Assembly: GCA_028023455.1 (NCBI GenBank)
Contig: JAQFVV010000002.1
Coordinates: 24,304,001 to 24,368,000 of the forward strand
From: Epiperipatus broadwayi
Lineage: Eukaryota; Animalia; Onychophora
DNA: 64,000 nt
Direction: 5' to 3'
Part shown: positions 1-11,652 of the stretch, piece by piece
Layout of the letters: the number at the start of each line of letters is the position of its first letter
Position numbering within the stretch: the stretch's first letter is position 1
Program-made: the position numbers and the translations under genes
Notes under the pieces: generated by a model
Seen by the model: the letters and a program-made list of their open reading frames with translations, nothing else
Told to the model about the DNA's origin: nothing
The model's database searches: none

Positions 1-330
1 GGTTATAGACTTTAATATATATGTACTTATGTGCTGACCATGCACTTAATAAATTAATATTTACAACTTTACATTGTTACAATATTTCTAATTACAAAAT
101 TTCAACATTAACTCGTATTTTGGAAGATTTCACAAACATTAGCGTTTAATAGAAATTGTGGACTTAATTCACGTATATAATTAGAAAGTAGGTTTAAGAT
201 AAGAGTGGCCGCTAAGTCTTTATAAAGTCATAATCTTGTGTGAAGATTTGCAGAGGTCCCTCTAGGGGCAAATTGAACACTCAAGGCGCATGGTATTAAG
301 GTTATAGCTTTAAATATATATGTATTTATT
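1..330 (+). repeat. Probable PLE pseudo-LTR unit with terminal direct repeats and a degenerate hammerhead-like motif
   Basis: ggttatagactttaatatatatgtacttat (1-30) recurs at ~300-330. Inside is GTGAAGA-TTTGC...GCAAA-T-TGAAC (~239-284), resembling a mutated CTGAAGA/stem II/GAAA core. Confidence 0.3.
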
Positions 331-639
331 TAGTTTAATATTTTTTCAAACTCAGCATTAATTTTATTATAGATTTATAAATATAATAGAAAAAATATTC
401 AGTTAGTTATACAGCATATGATTTTTTTTAACAAAACAGCTAATTAAATGTTTTATATTTTATCTATTATGATAATGTTTAATATTGTTTTTAAAGTTAT
501 AAAATACCAATAAAAGTAATCAATTGTAGCTGCAAGTTTACTTTTTCAAATTTATATAATTTTAATTTTAAAAAGTTTCCATATGTGATTAAATTAACAA
601 TTGAAAAATACACATAATACATCTTCTCATCTTAGCATT

Positions 640-1850
640 TAAATTGTCTCTGTACCATTTGTTCCGTAATCCATTAATTTAACACTATAGAAAATAATTT
701 TTTTTACAGATCTACTTATTATTCTAGGTTTTTGGTAGATTAGATATTGAAGACATGTATCAATCATTTGATAGGATAAAAAGTATTAAGGTTTTAAAAT
801 TTGAATATTTTTCTGCAGATAAGATTAACGTTATTCATGATTTGCCATTGTTATTAGAGCATTCTATATATTTTGTTTGTAACGATGTATAGGGTTGGTT
901 ATTGGTTATGTTATTTTTCCTTTAATGTGCTCTTCTTATAATGATTTTTTAGAGAATAGTATTATTTTTCTGTTTCTTTAAAATTATTTGTTAGATATGT
1001 TGATGATTGTTTGTTTGTTATACAGGAGGATAAATTGAAGGATTTTTTTGAAGGATTGAATACTTTTGATTCAAATATTAAATTTACTATTTGAATTTGT
1101 AAAGTTAAAAGATTTAAATTTAAGTGTTGATAAAGTTGATAATGTTTTATTTTGTAGCCATTTCATTAAATTAAAAAAATCAAATGTGATTAAAAACAGA
1201 TAGATATCAATCAACCTTTTACTTATAATAAATTTTTGTTACAGAAATAGAAGACTGAATAATTTTGAAAATAATCATTATATTCAGAGAAGTCAATTTG
1301 TTTCTGACTATAATGAGTTAGGATATAATAATGAATTTATTAGAAATATTATATTTAATAAAAATATCTATAGATCTGTTAATAATAAAGATTTAAATAT
1401 TAATGAGAATAAAAAGTTTCTTTGCCATATAAGTCATCAATTAGTAAATAAATTTATAAGAATAGTTTTTTATTGGGTGGTATGAAAGTGGCTTGGAAGA
1501 AAGGCTTGAATTTAAATTCATTACTAAATGGGTCAAAACAGTTAATTGATTGCAAATCTATTCCTGGAGCAATTTATAAGATTCCTTACAATTGGCATAA
1601 AATGTATATAGGTCAGAATAAATTAAGTCTTAACAAAGAATTAAAGTTCATAAGAGTAGAGTTAAAAATAAATATAATAACTCAGCTTTGTATATTCATG
1701 ACAATGCAGAAATTGTCTTTTATGAAAAAAAGTGAATTAAAAAAAAGAGTAAAAGAAACTTTGATGATAAAATATTTTGAATTTGGGGCCATCAATCTTA
1801 TGAAGACAACCCTTGATGTTAAAAGAAATTGAGCTTTGAAGTGAATGATG
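640..1850 (+). mobile_element. Decayed Penelope-like retroelement (RT + GIY-YIG endonuclease)
   Basis: RT motifs GLVIGYVIFPLM (GxxMGSPLSP-like) and FVRYVDDCLF...LNTFDSNIKFT (YVDD at 996-1007). Downstream GAIYKIPYNWHKMYIGQ is GIY-YIG-like (ORF 1473-1832). Stops and frameshifts throughout. A 20-bp near-identical direct repeat lies at 641-660 and 2076-2095. Confidence 0.8.
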
Positions 1851-2444
1851 GGAAGGCTATTTTATTTGGTATATATATATAGGTAGTATATTTAGTTGAA
1901 TTTCACTTTAAAATGTCTATTTGTTAATAAATGAAATCATAGTTGTGGAAGAATTTTAGTAAAGGTTTGATTATTTTTTGCTAGTATTGTAATGTTATAT
2001 GAATTTTTATTTTATTTATTATTACTAATAAAGTGCTAGCAGTATTTAATTTTTGTGTTATATAAGTATGTTTACAAATTGTCTCTGCACCATTTTTGAT
2101 TTTGTAGACAATAAATGAATGCTTAATTGCTCAGGAAGTCATGTGATGATGTACGAACACCAAAAGCATCAGGATGAGTTTCAATCTAGAAACTCTAACT
2201 CCCTAATCCATTAATTTGTCACTGTGCTAATTTACACAGGTCTTTTACACCTGAAAAAATTACGGTGCTATAAATAATCATATATAGTATATACGTGTGT
2301 GAATGTATAGGTATGTTTACAAATTACTTGCCAAAAAGCGTAAATAATAATAGTAACAATAGTAATTATATGTACATATAAAAAAAAGAATAATTGAATG
2401 GTTTATTGCTTGAAAATTAATAATAAGTTCGAGCACCGGAAGTG

Positions 2445-2525
2445 ACAGAGCTAGTCTCGAACCATAGGTCTTGAGGTCCAAAGTTCACCATCTACCATTG
2501 CATTAAACCATGCAGACCAATAGTC
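2445..2525 (-). mobile_element. Degenerate tRNA-derived SINE head
   Basis: Minus strand has A-box-like TGGTTTAATGCAATGG and B-box-like GGTTCGAGAC at tRNA-like spacing. Confidence 0.35.
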
Positions 2526-3388
2526 AAAATGAGACTCATTAATAACCATCATATTTTTACTTTTCGCAAAAATAAAAAAAAATATATAACGTATATATAT
2601 ATGAGATTCCACTGCGCAATATAGATAGAATTATATTTGATACATACACACACACACACACACACACAAAGCAGAAAATGCGGGTTATGTTATATTATCG
2701 CTTAATGATTTAATTTCTTTGAGAGAAAAAAAGAGGTATTTATACAATATGTTTACCTAAATAATTATACATAGACATGTTATAAAAACAAAGTAGTATT
2801 TAAAATTTTTAATGCTTAGAAATTTGATTAATGATTAATAATAACATTATTTGCAGTGTTAATAAATAATGGAAACTAAATGCATGTTTCTAAAACTATT
2901 TTACTCGGGAGAATTATGGCATATATATTGTTTCACAATTTTACTTTATTTAGCTAGTGGAACCAATTCCCAATACCTTCCTTTTGAACATATCAGCTGT
3001 AAATACAAAGGAGAGAGGCGGCACTTTAAATTTTTTATATTTTATGTCCATTCTTTCAAATTTAATATACATATATATATATATAACTCAATAAAAATTT
3101 CCACTAGCGTTTCCATTATTTTTTATTTCAAAAGATATTATTAAAAAAAAAAAAATGTGAAAGTAAAAAAAAAAAAAAGATTGAATAAAATGAAAAAACA
3201 AAAAATAAATTAATCATCTACTTGTTAAAAAAAATAATAAATCACACACACATATGAAAACTTTCAAAGCAAGAATTTTGGAATGGTTCAACTCTAATAA
3301 TGAATAGCTTTCAATACTATATTAAGCTCTTTTATTATACATTCGCCTGATTAATATATAAAGATGGCTGGATACAGGTAATCCAGCA

Positions 3389-3432
3389 GTCCTCACTGAT
3401 AAAGATTAGTAGCCAAAAATTAGTCTCGGAAT
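3389..3432 (+). ncRNA. Degenerate hammerhead motif, family H2
   Basis: TCCTCA CTGATAA AGAT tagta GCC A AAAA TTAG TC TCGGAA aligns with the H2 copies at 25464 and 62275/62354; the core is mutated. Confidence 0.45.
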
Positions 3433-3505
3433 CTGTTTAGTATAATATTTGGTGTTCAATAGTTACTTAGATGACTCCTTAGTAGATTGATATAAGTGGA
3501 TTATT

Positions 3506-4457
3506 TATTTTTTTATTATTAAGAAATATGTTTATTTTGAAAACTACATGAATTACAATACATGACTTTCTTAAAATTAAGGATTCATGGGTATCCCACT
3601 ACATGTTTTTCCCACACAAGGGGACTGGCCAGTTATATGATTTTGTTTGCACCAGTCTATCCTTGTGTAGCTAGCTAGATTCAATGTCATTTTCAATTGA
3701 TTATGGCACCCTAGCTATTGGATTATTAAACCAAGGTTTGTCAGGTGTGTCACATCACTCTTTGCATTGCAGGGGTGTTGGTATCCCTATTCCCTGTAAT
3801 TTTGTCAATTTCAATGGTACATTTAGACCACCATTTGCTATTGTCCCACTTACTGCAGCACGAAATAGATTTGCATACATTTCTATAATTTGGACAATAT
3901 TTTAGTAGTAGTGTTTGGTCTCTGGTCTAGAGCCATCTGCTCCCAAGTATCAGAGAACAGTTTAGCCAGGGCCATTAGATGATCTCTAGTTTTAAGGTTA
4001 GTCATGAGTTCATTAAAAACTTCCCATGGATTTTTCATGCTGGACTGGAATACGAAGTGACACCTGGTGAGCCATTTTGCGAATAATATTATGACGGCCA
4101 TCCGGATCACGACAAAAGTGCCACTCTTCATTGCTTTACATATATTGAGAATAGAGGCATATCCTGACTGGACACTGGACTGCAGTCTTATTTCAAGTTC
4201 TATAAATTTTTTGCAGTGAGAGAAGGTATGATCCATTGACTCTTCATCTTCACTACAGAGCACACATATTGGAGTAATGTTTTTGAACCTTCTGCAGTCT
4301 ACCATAAATTGCCTTGTGGGAAGCGCATAGAGTTGGTATTTTATGATGAAATTTATTAATTTGTGCTCCATGGCCCAAGATCTAGCTTTCTTAAGTAGTG
4401 ATCTTATGGATATATTTAGTCTTCCTGGGGTTTTTTGTTGGCTGGGATACATGTACT
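3506..4457 (-). mobile_element. 5'-truncated L1/Tx1-clade LINE: ORF2 C-terminal zinc finger plus 3' UTR
   Basis: ORF 3883-4452 contains YALPTR...CVLCSEDEESMDHTFSHC (zf-RVT-type CCHC) followed by the AKWLTRCHFVF motif. A-rich tail on the minus strand. 13-bp TSD taagtggattatt at 3493-3505 and 4458-4470. Confidence 0.88.
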
Positions 4458-4747
4458 TAAGTGGATTATTGTTATTGTTATTAATAGGTGTTTCTTTTTT
4501 TTTTTAATAACCTAGAAATCACTCTTGAAATAATATAAAATAATTAACTTAAACATATATATTATAAATATTCAAAAAATTTACATTTTAGAAAGGAAAT
4601 GTTACAATATATATATATATATTCTATCTTTTCCAAAGACTTTATCATGTGGTTGAAGTGTTAGTATTCATTCATTTTATATTTAAAATCCATAGCGCAT
4701 GTGCAACAGTTTAATGCTGTTTAAATATTATTAATATATATATATAT

Positions 4748-4889
4748 ATTGTAACGGTATATGCTGTTACATTAATTTAAAATTAGAATTTTTTTTTTTT
4801 TTTAAATTCGTAAATAAAAACTAAAAGCTAAAAAATTAAAAATTTTTATTCTAATTTTAAATTAATGTAACGGCATATACCGTTACAAT
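4748..4889. mobile_element. Small foldback MITE inside a (TA)n tract
   Basis: ~42-bp inverted repeats attgtaacggtatatgctgttacattaatttaaaattagaat / attctaattttaaattaatgtaacggcatataccgttacaat, flanked on both sides by (TA)n. Confidence 0.7.
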
Positions 4890-6480
4890 ATATATATATA
4901 TGTTACTTATTCTAAAATTTTCTATTTCAATGTTTATTATTGTATCAATGTAGCAAAAAAAAAAAAACCGTCCGAGATGGATAGGAATACTGTCATATCT
5001 GACCTTGCCTTTAGAAGTGAACTATTACAGATTCCTTACCTGATTGGGTAGCACCCAGTTGCTATCCAAAAGGATTAAATCCTTCACTGGGGTTCAGGCA
5101 CCAAATCCGCATATATCCAGTAAGGTAGGGGATCTGCCATTAAATAGTCAGCCTTTTGGAGGCAAGGCAGAGAGCAATTACTTCTGTTAACCTGAATGAC
5201 TGAACGTGCTCTCCATTAAACCTTCTGCCATCAGCAAATATATTTATCTAGTTATTATCACGAGGTCCATGCTGTGAGGTAAGTTTATCTATGGACTGGA
5301 AACTGCTATGTCCAAATTATAGCTGACACAAGGCAAGCTAAATACATAGCTGGAAGAGTCTTACCAGAGTTCATGACGCAGGCTAATCATTTAGCTAGAA
5401 GTGAGTTCCGTACTCGACTCGACTATCTCAGCATTCAATTGTATCAAGTATATTTATTTGTTTGTTTAACTAACGTATGCATATTTTTTTGACTAATAAA
5501 TTATATATATATATATTAATTGCAGAGTAGTTATTCTTTTTGTGTCTATTGGTTTGGAAATGAACCTGTAAGCCTAACCAAACACAACAAATACTAACAA
5601 ATTCATTTAAAAAAAAACACTTATTTTTAATATTCAGATGAAAATCTTCATATTCTCAACTAGCAGAAACAACAAAAAATTTAATATTATAATCTCTTTC
5701 ACTTTAAATTATAAAATTCAAGATCTTCAAATTTATATTTCAGAAATTTCCAGATCCGAATTGATCATGACAACACATTGTTAATTCTTACATCATATCT
5801 ATGATAGTAAGACATCTTTTTAACAATCATGAGAAGCAACATTACTGCTTTGGCCTGTAGATTTTTACTGAGCCTACCTTCTTATTTCAAGAACTTCATA
5901 CTAATAATATACAACTATATGATTTATAACTTAATTCTGTAAACAATAAATATAAAGTGACAAATTTACTTAATGTGCAGAAAAATCCATTTACCATTTG
6001 CAATTAGTAACTGATGAAACAAAACTAGTGTATGAAAACAAAAATTAGCTCATCCTAGCAAAAAATAAATACCTGTCTTATATTTCCACATGTAGAAAAA
6101 AATTTCAATAACTATCTTACCAAGTAAATATCAATTTGATTCAACTAATAAAGAGTTAACAGTATTAAATAAAATCTAAATAGCTAATAAAAGCAAAGTA
6201 AAGCTTAAAAAACAATATTTAATTATTAATATCAAAACATCAATTTAGTCTAGAAAATTTTATATTAAATAGACCAAAATATTAATTTACCATTCCACTT
6301 TGTATATCAACAAATTTTTTTTAGATGTTTTAGCAAATAACTACTTTTATGAGATTAATTCAATGATAATAATAATGGACTCAATTCTCAATTAAAGATA
6401 GAAAACACAATTTGGTCAATTAATAATTGAAATAAAGTTCAACCTATTATTCAGGAATCAAACATCAATTGATCTTATGA

Positions 6481-6722
<242 letters not shown>

Positions 6723-7365
6723 ACAACATTTCTAAAGATATATATGATTAATAAATATACCTGAAATTTAATTTCAGGTTCGTCTTCTTGACAATAATGA
6801 ATCAAAAAAAAAAAAGTTATCACAGATATACTGACACAAAATTATGCTTCTTTGATTGTAGTTGTATATTATTTAAAGATTTCATATTTCTATTTATTAG
6901 AATTACCTTTTTTGATTTTTCTTTTATTATGGTTTATTTCCTTATGAAGAATTCTAATGTTATCTAGGTCAAAATTGAATGAAAAATAGTTTCTTTGTGT
7001 GTGTGTGTGTGTGAGTGAGTGATAAATGAAAATAGGTTCTTATTAAATCATTACTATTCTTATTTTTCATACATTTATATAAAAGTTGTTCTTTTAACTA
7101 TTTCTCAAACTTACATTTTGATCCACTCATATATGGAGCTTTATATTTAAATATAATTTGATATACAATATTAACTACATTTTTGTTTCAAAGATATAAT
7201 ATTTTTCAAAATATTTATCAATCTATTGATTTCAGATGGAACACAAAATAAAACATATACTAATTGTGTATGTATAGATTAATAAATTTAACTTGAGGAT
7301 TTGAAAAATAAAAAACAAATATCTATTTATTATCATTAATTTTTACTTCTTTAAATTAGTTGTAT

Positions 7366-7481
7366 TTTTTTTTTTCCATATGTCATAGCATCGGCCAGGA
7401 GGCGAATCTGCAACAACCGTCTGCAACCAACTGCTTGCTTGCAAGGCAGCTGCGCTGACCTCTCAGCTAACAACGCTTGAC
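7366..7481 (-). mobile_element. tRNA-only poly(A) SINE, long subfamily
   Basis: GTCAAGCGTTGTTAGCTGAGAGG (A box) ... B-box-like GATTCGCCTCC ... GATGCTATGACA plus A tail. TSD taaattagttgtattttt at ~7352 and ~7482. Confidence 0.85.
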
Positions 7482-7500
7482 TAAATTAGTTGTATTTTTT

Positions 7501-8724
7501 TTTATTAAGGTAAAAAAACACAGGTGACTGATCACCCGCTACATGATATTACAGTGTTCAATGTTACAAGGTAAAAACAAAGTACATACGCTCGATAAAT
7601 AACATATCCACAAAAGGGTTGTATAACCTAACTCAATGTGTACCTATATATGGATGAGCACAGATCTGCACTGCCCCAAAACAATCCATCAAGGGAGCAC
7701 AGCAGCCCATCAGAGCGGGAAAGGCACTGAAAACTTTGACCCTGAACCCTCCCGGCAGGTATTCCGGAAGCGGTAATAATTGTCAACAGCCCGCACCCAC
7801 CAACCAGACCCCCAACAACCGCCATCATCAACCCCTGTGAAAAAAATGAGGAGTGCAGACCTGTGCCCTCAAATATTACAACAAAACTCTATCACTGTTA
7901 CAAATATGATATTCCTAGCTGGAGTGTCTAGCATCCAGTTTGTCAAATGAATTTGTCTATGGTTATAATCTTGATAAAAGAATTGTTCACTTTTATTCCT
8001 TGAATTTCTCAATCATTATTAAAAGTTATTCATTAAGTGACTTCGTTAAAACAGTTGATTTTTCATCTTCCTCATCCGTTAAATCCACTATATTATTATA
8101 AGCCTCCTGCATAACGTTATTTACCCCATACTTTGATTGTAATGCCTCTTCATACTTAAATTCTTGGTTATTAACATTAAATAATTTGTTTGACTTACTT
8201 CTCTCATTAGTTTCAAATTTCGATTTTATAGATTTGTTCTTATTAATCTGATTCGCTTTTAGATAATGTTTTCAATTTTAAACTTTTATTAATCGGTTTC
8301 GCTTTTTAGATAACGTTGTTTTCAATTTTAGACTTTTCTAAGCTTTCATCGGCATTCGCTTTCTCCTTCCCTTGTGATATTTTGGGTGACATATAGTCCA
8401 AATCACCTGAGGTGTTCTCTTTGTTAACGGGATTCTCTTCTTCCATCAATTGATTATCCATATTGCTGTTTTTTTGACTCACATTTCCCCCTCTATTCTG
8501 CACTTGATTTGATACGTTCTCTGCCATTTTTGTTTTCACAACGATGTCAGTTAAACCCTTGTTGCTGTTAGAAAACTAAAAGTTTTCTTCATTTTGATAA
8601 TAACACTTAAAGGTAATGAGTTTACCCTCAGTTTAGCTTCAAAATATTACAGTGAAGCTTCGTTATCCTTTTTTAATTCCACCTAATATAGGAGACCTGA
8701 AACTAACATTGTATTCCTAGAGCC
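7501..8724 (-). mobile_element. Internally deleted L1/Tx1-like element: 5' UTR and ORF1-like start fused to ORF2 C-terminus and 3' UTR
   Basis: 7501-7990 is highly similar to 9557-10043 and encodes ...VIEFCCNI*GHRSALL, resembling a Tx1/L1 post-zinc-finger segment. Upstream is an N/E/K-rich ORF starting MAENVSNQ. The TSD aattagttgtatttttt recurs at 8725-8741. Confidence 0.7.
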
Positions 8725-9072
8725 AATTAGTTGTATTTTTTAAAGTGACATATAGCAACTGTTACATAGCAGATTTGTTTACTCTTATAAACTCCAATCA
8801 GCCATATTGTAAAATTTCCAATATTTTGTGATTTATCAATTTCATAGCTACTCAATTTATGACTTTTTATTATTAAAACAATCTTTCTTATATATAAAGT
8901 ATAATTTATTTTACAATAGATTTGAGACTAGACATATTGAGAAAATTTTTAGAAATAACTGTTTAAATCAGATAATAGCTTATGCATATTATTTAAATCT
9001 TATCGTTCATAGCAAAGTTTACTCTTTTAAAAAATATATATATATCTTTAAAATCATGTAATATATAAAGTT

Positions 9073-9180
9073 TTTTTTTTTTAAGTGTCATAGCATCAGC
9101 CGGGACGCGAACCCGCAACCCGGGCAACTGCCTGCAAGTGCAAGGCAGTCGCGCTGACCTCTCGACCACCAATGCAAGAC
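9073..9180 (-). mobile_element. tRNA-only poly(A) SINE, short subfamily
   Basis: A box TGGTGGTCGAGAGG, B box GGTTCGCGTCC, A tail, and a perfect 14-bp TSD taatatataaagtt (9059-9072, 9181-9194). Confidence 0.88.
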
Positions 9181-9556
9181 TAATATATAAAGTTAAGGAT
9201 TAACTTCTTTACATCTGCTAATTTATTATATGATCAGCAACTGGTAAAGTAAATTACGATAGCATGCAAATTGCTTGAGAGGGTTTAACAGTTTCATTCA
9301 ACTGACCAGACTACCCCCCCCCTCACTCTCTTCAGTTAGAAATTGATTCAAAAGTATTATGGTTCGTATGCTCATAAGATTTTATTATATACGATGTAAA
9401 TCATCACACAGTTAATTTTATATGAATAAGTCATAACATATATATTGAATAAATTAGACTAAAAAGTAATAGTAAACAGTTATTATTACAACACAGTTGA
9501 TATTAATTTTATTCGGTCACAACTTTAAATTTTTTTGTATACGTGTTATATTCTTT

Positions 9557-10043
9557 TTTTTTTATTAAGGTAAAAAAAAACACAGGTGACTGATCACCCG
9601 CTACATTATATTACAGTGTTCAATGTCACAAGGTAAAAACAAAGTACATACGCTCGATAAATAACATATCCACAAAAGGGTTGAATAACCTTACTCAATA
9701 TGTATCTATATATGGACGAGCACAGATCTGTACTGCCCAAAAACAATCCATCAAGGGCGCGCAGAAGCCCATCAGAGCAGGAAAGGCGCTGAAAACTTGG
9801 ACCCAGTACCCTCCCGGCAGGTTTTCCGGAAGCGGCAATAATCGTCAACAGCCCGCATCCACAAACCAGACCCCCAACGACCGCCATCATCAACCCCTGC
9901 GAAAGAAATGAGGAGTGCAGACTTGTGCCCTCAAATATTATAACAAAACTCTATCACTGTTACAAAAATGATATTTCTAGCTGGAGTGTCTAGCATCCAA
10001 TTTGTCAAATGAATTTGTCTGTGGTTATGATCTCGATAAAAGA
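9557..10043 (-). mobile_element. 5'-truncated copy of the same L1/Tx1-like family as 7501-8724
   Basis: Aligns by eye to 7501-7983; poly(A) tail on the minus strand; 18-bp TSD atacgtgttatattcttt (9539-9556, 10044-10061). Confidence 0.85.
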
Positions 10044-11547
10044 ATACGTGTTATATTCTTTACACTTATTCTACTGCCTAGATACTAAACTATCCGAAGA
10101 TAGACTGCATAACTAGACAATGAAAATTATTTTAAATGATTATTTTATATAACTGTGCATTATTATTATTTTTTGAATAATTTTATAAACATTTATTTAA
10201 TAATAAAAAAATCTTTCTTAGTTGTTGTTTTTTTTTTTAATTTCTAGCTCTTCAAATAGTGATTAAAGTCCACTTTATAAACATTCAATATGAATTAATA
10301 ACAGATGTAATTTTTAAAAAAAAACGATTAATGCCATATTATTTAATTCAATATTTTTAATAACAGTGGCAAAGGCTGAGATGAAGTTTCACTATTTAAT
10401 ATATATAGTTTTTTTTTTAAAAAAAAAACAAAAAACAACCTAAATAGTAATATTTTATTGTAAAAAAAAAGAAATCAGTTCTACAGCGTCTGAATACACT
10501 CTATTCCACATATATGCATTAATATTATTTATTTAACGAATAAACACTCGCAACAATTTAATTTTCTCTCAACCATGCTTTCGTTCAAATATATAAATCA
10601 ATTTTTAAGACAGCTGACAATAGCACTAGAAGGATAAAGGCTTAGTACCAATATTTTTATATTTCCTTTTATTTAAGCTCTTGTTTTTTATTCCCCTCCC
10701 CTTCGCATCAGCAATATCTTTTTCATCTTTCTAAATCAAACATCATAATATCAAATTGAATATAATGTTAATTTTTCGTTTCTATTTTTTTTTTTTTAAA
10801 AAAAAAAAAGAAATCCGCTTAATGTTTTTTAGAGGGACCGTTTCCACATATAATTTCTAAATTTATTATAATGCTTGAATGTTATAATAACGTAATTAAA
10901 CAGCAACAATTACGATATTAATTACAGCAACCGTGAAAACAATCTTAGAAAAAATGTTTAGATGTATATGGATGCAAATTTCCTTAATAAATAATTCAGA
11001 ATTACAGCCATTAGAATTTTTTTTTAAATGAAAAAATAAAAAAGAATAATATTTTAAAACAATAAATAACAATTAATTGCATATACCAAGAAAAAAATTA
11101 TATATCCGCAACATGTACATTCTCGGTAATGCAACATCTCCGCTTTACTATCTATATAGGAATATCAACGGAAACATCCATAATTGCTTAGATTGCAAGA
11201 GATGCAAGTATATATCAACAGAACAGCATCTCTTCAAATCATATATTAATGAAAAAAATCTTAAGATCATACAAAAAAGATTTATGAAAAATCACTGGCA
11301 TCTTACTGTTCATTATGATAACAATTTTTATTTCTAATTTTGTTAAGGAAAAAAATAGTCCTAGTTATTTTCAGAATTGCTGGAGTTTTAAAAAAAAAAG
11401 AGAGATTGTAAAACATTGAATTCATATTACAGGGTAAAACAACTTGATGGTTAAATCTGACATCGATTCTATCTGGTAAACATGACTAATATTTTAAATC
11501 CAGCAAAATATAAGAAAAGTAAACGTTAATCAGAAAATGTTATTTAT

Positions 11548-11652
11548 GTCAAGCGTTGGCGGTCGAGAGTACATCAGAGCTGCCTTACAAGCAGTTGTCC
11601 CGGGTTAGCGGGTTCGCTTTCTGGCCGATGCTATGACACATGAAAAAAAAAA
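11548..11652 (+). mobile_element. tRNA-only poly(A) SINE
   Basis: gtcaagcgttggcggtcgagag...gggttcgctttc...gatgctatgacacatg(A)n. Confidence 0.85.

Noticed and set aside
11548-11640. Genuine tRNA genes
   Set aside because: Dispersed divergent copies with A tails and TSDs, a distorted acceptor stem and variable anticodon loop; these are SINEs.
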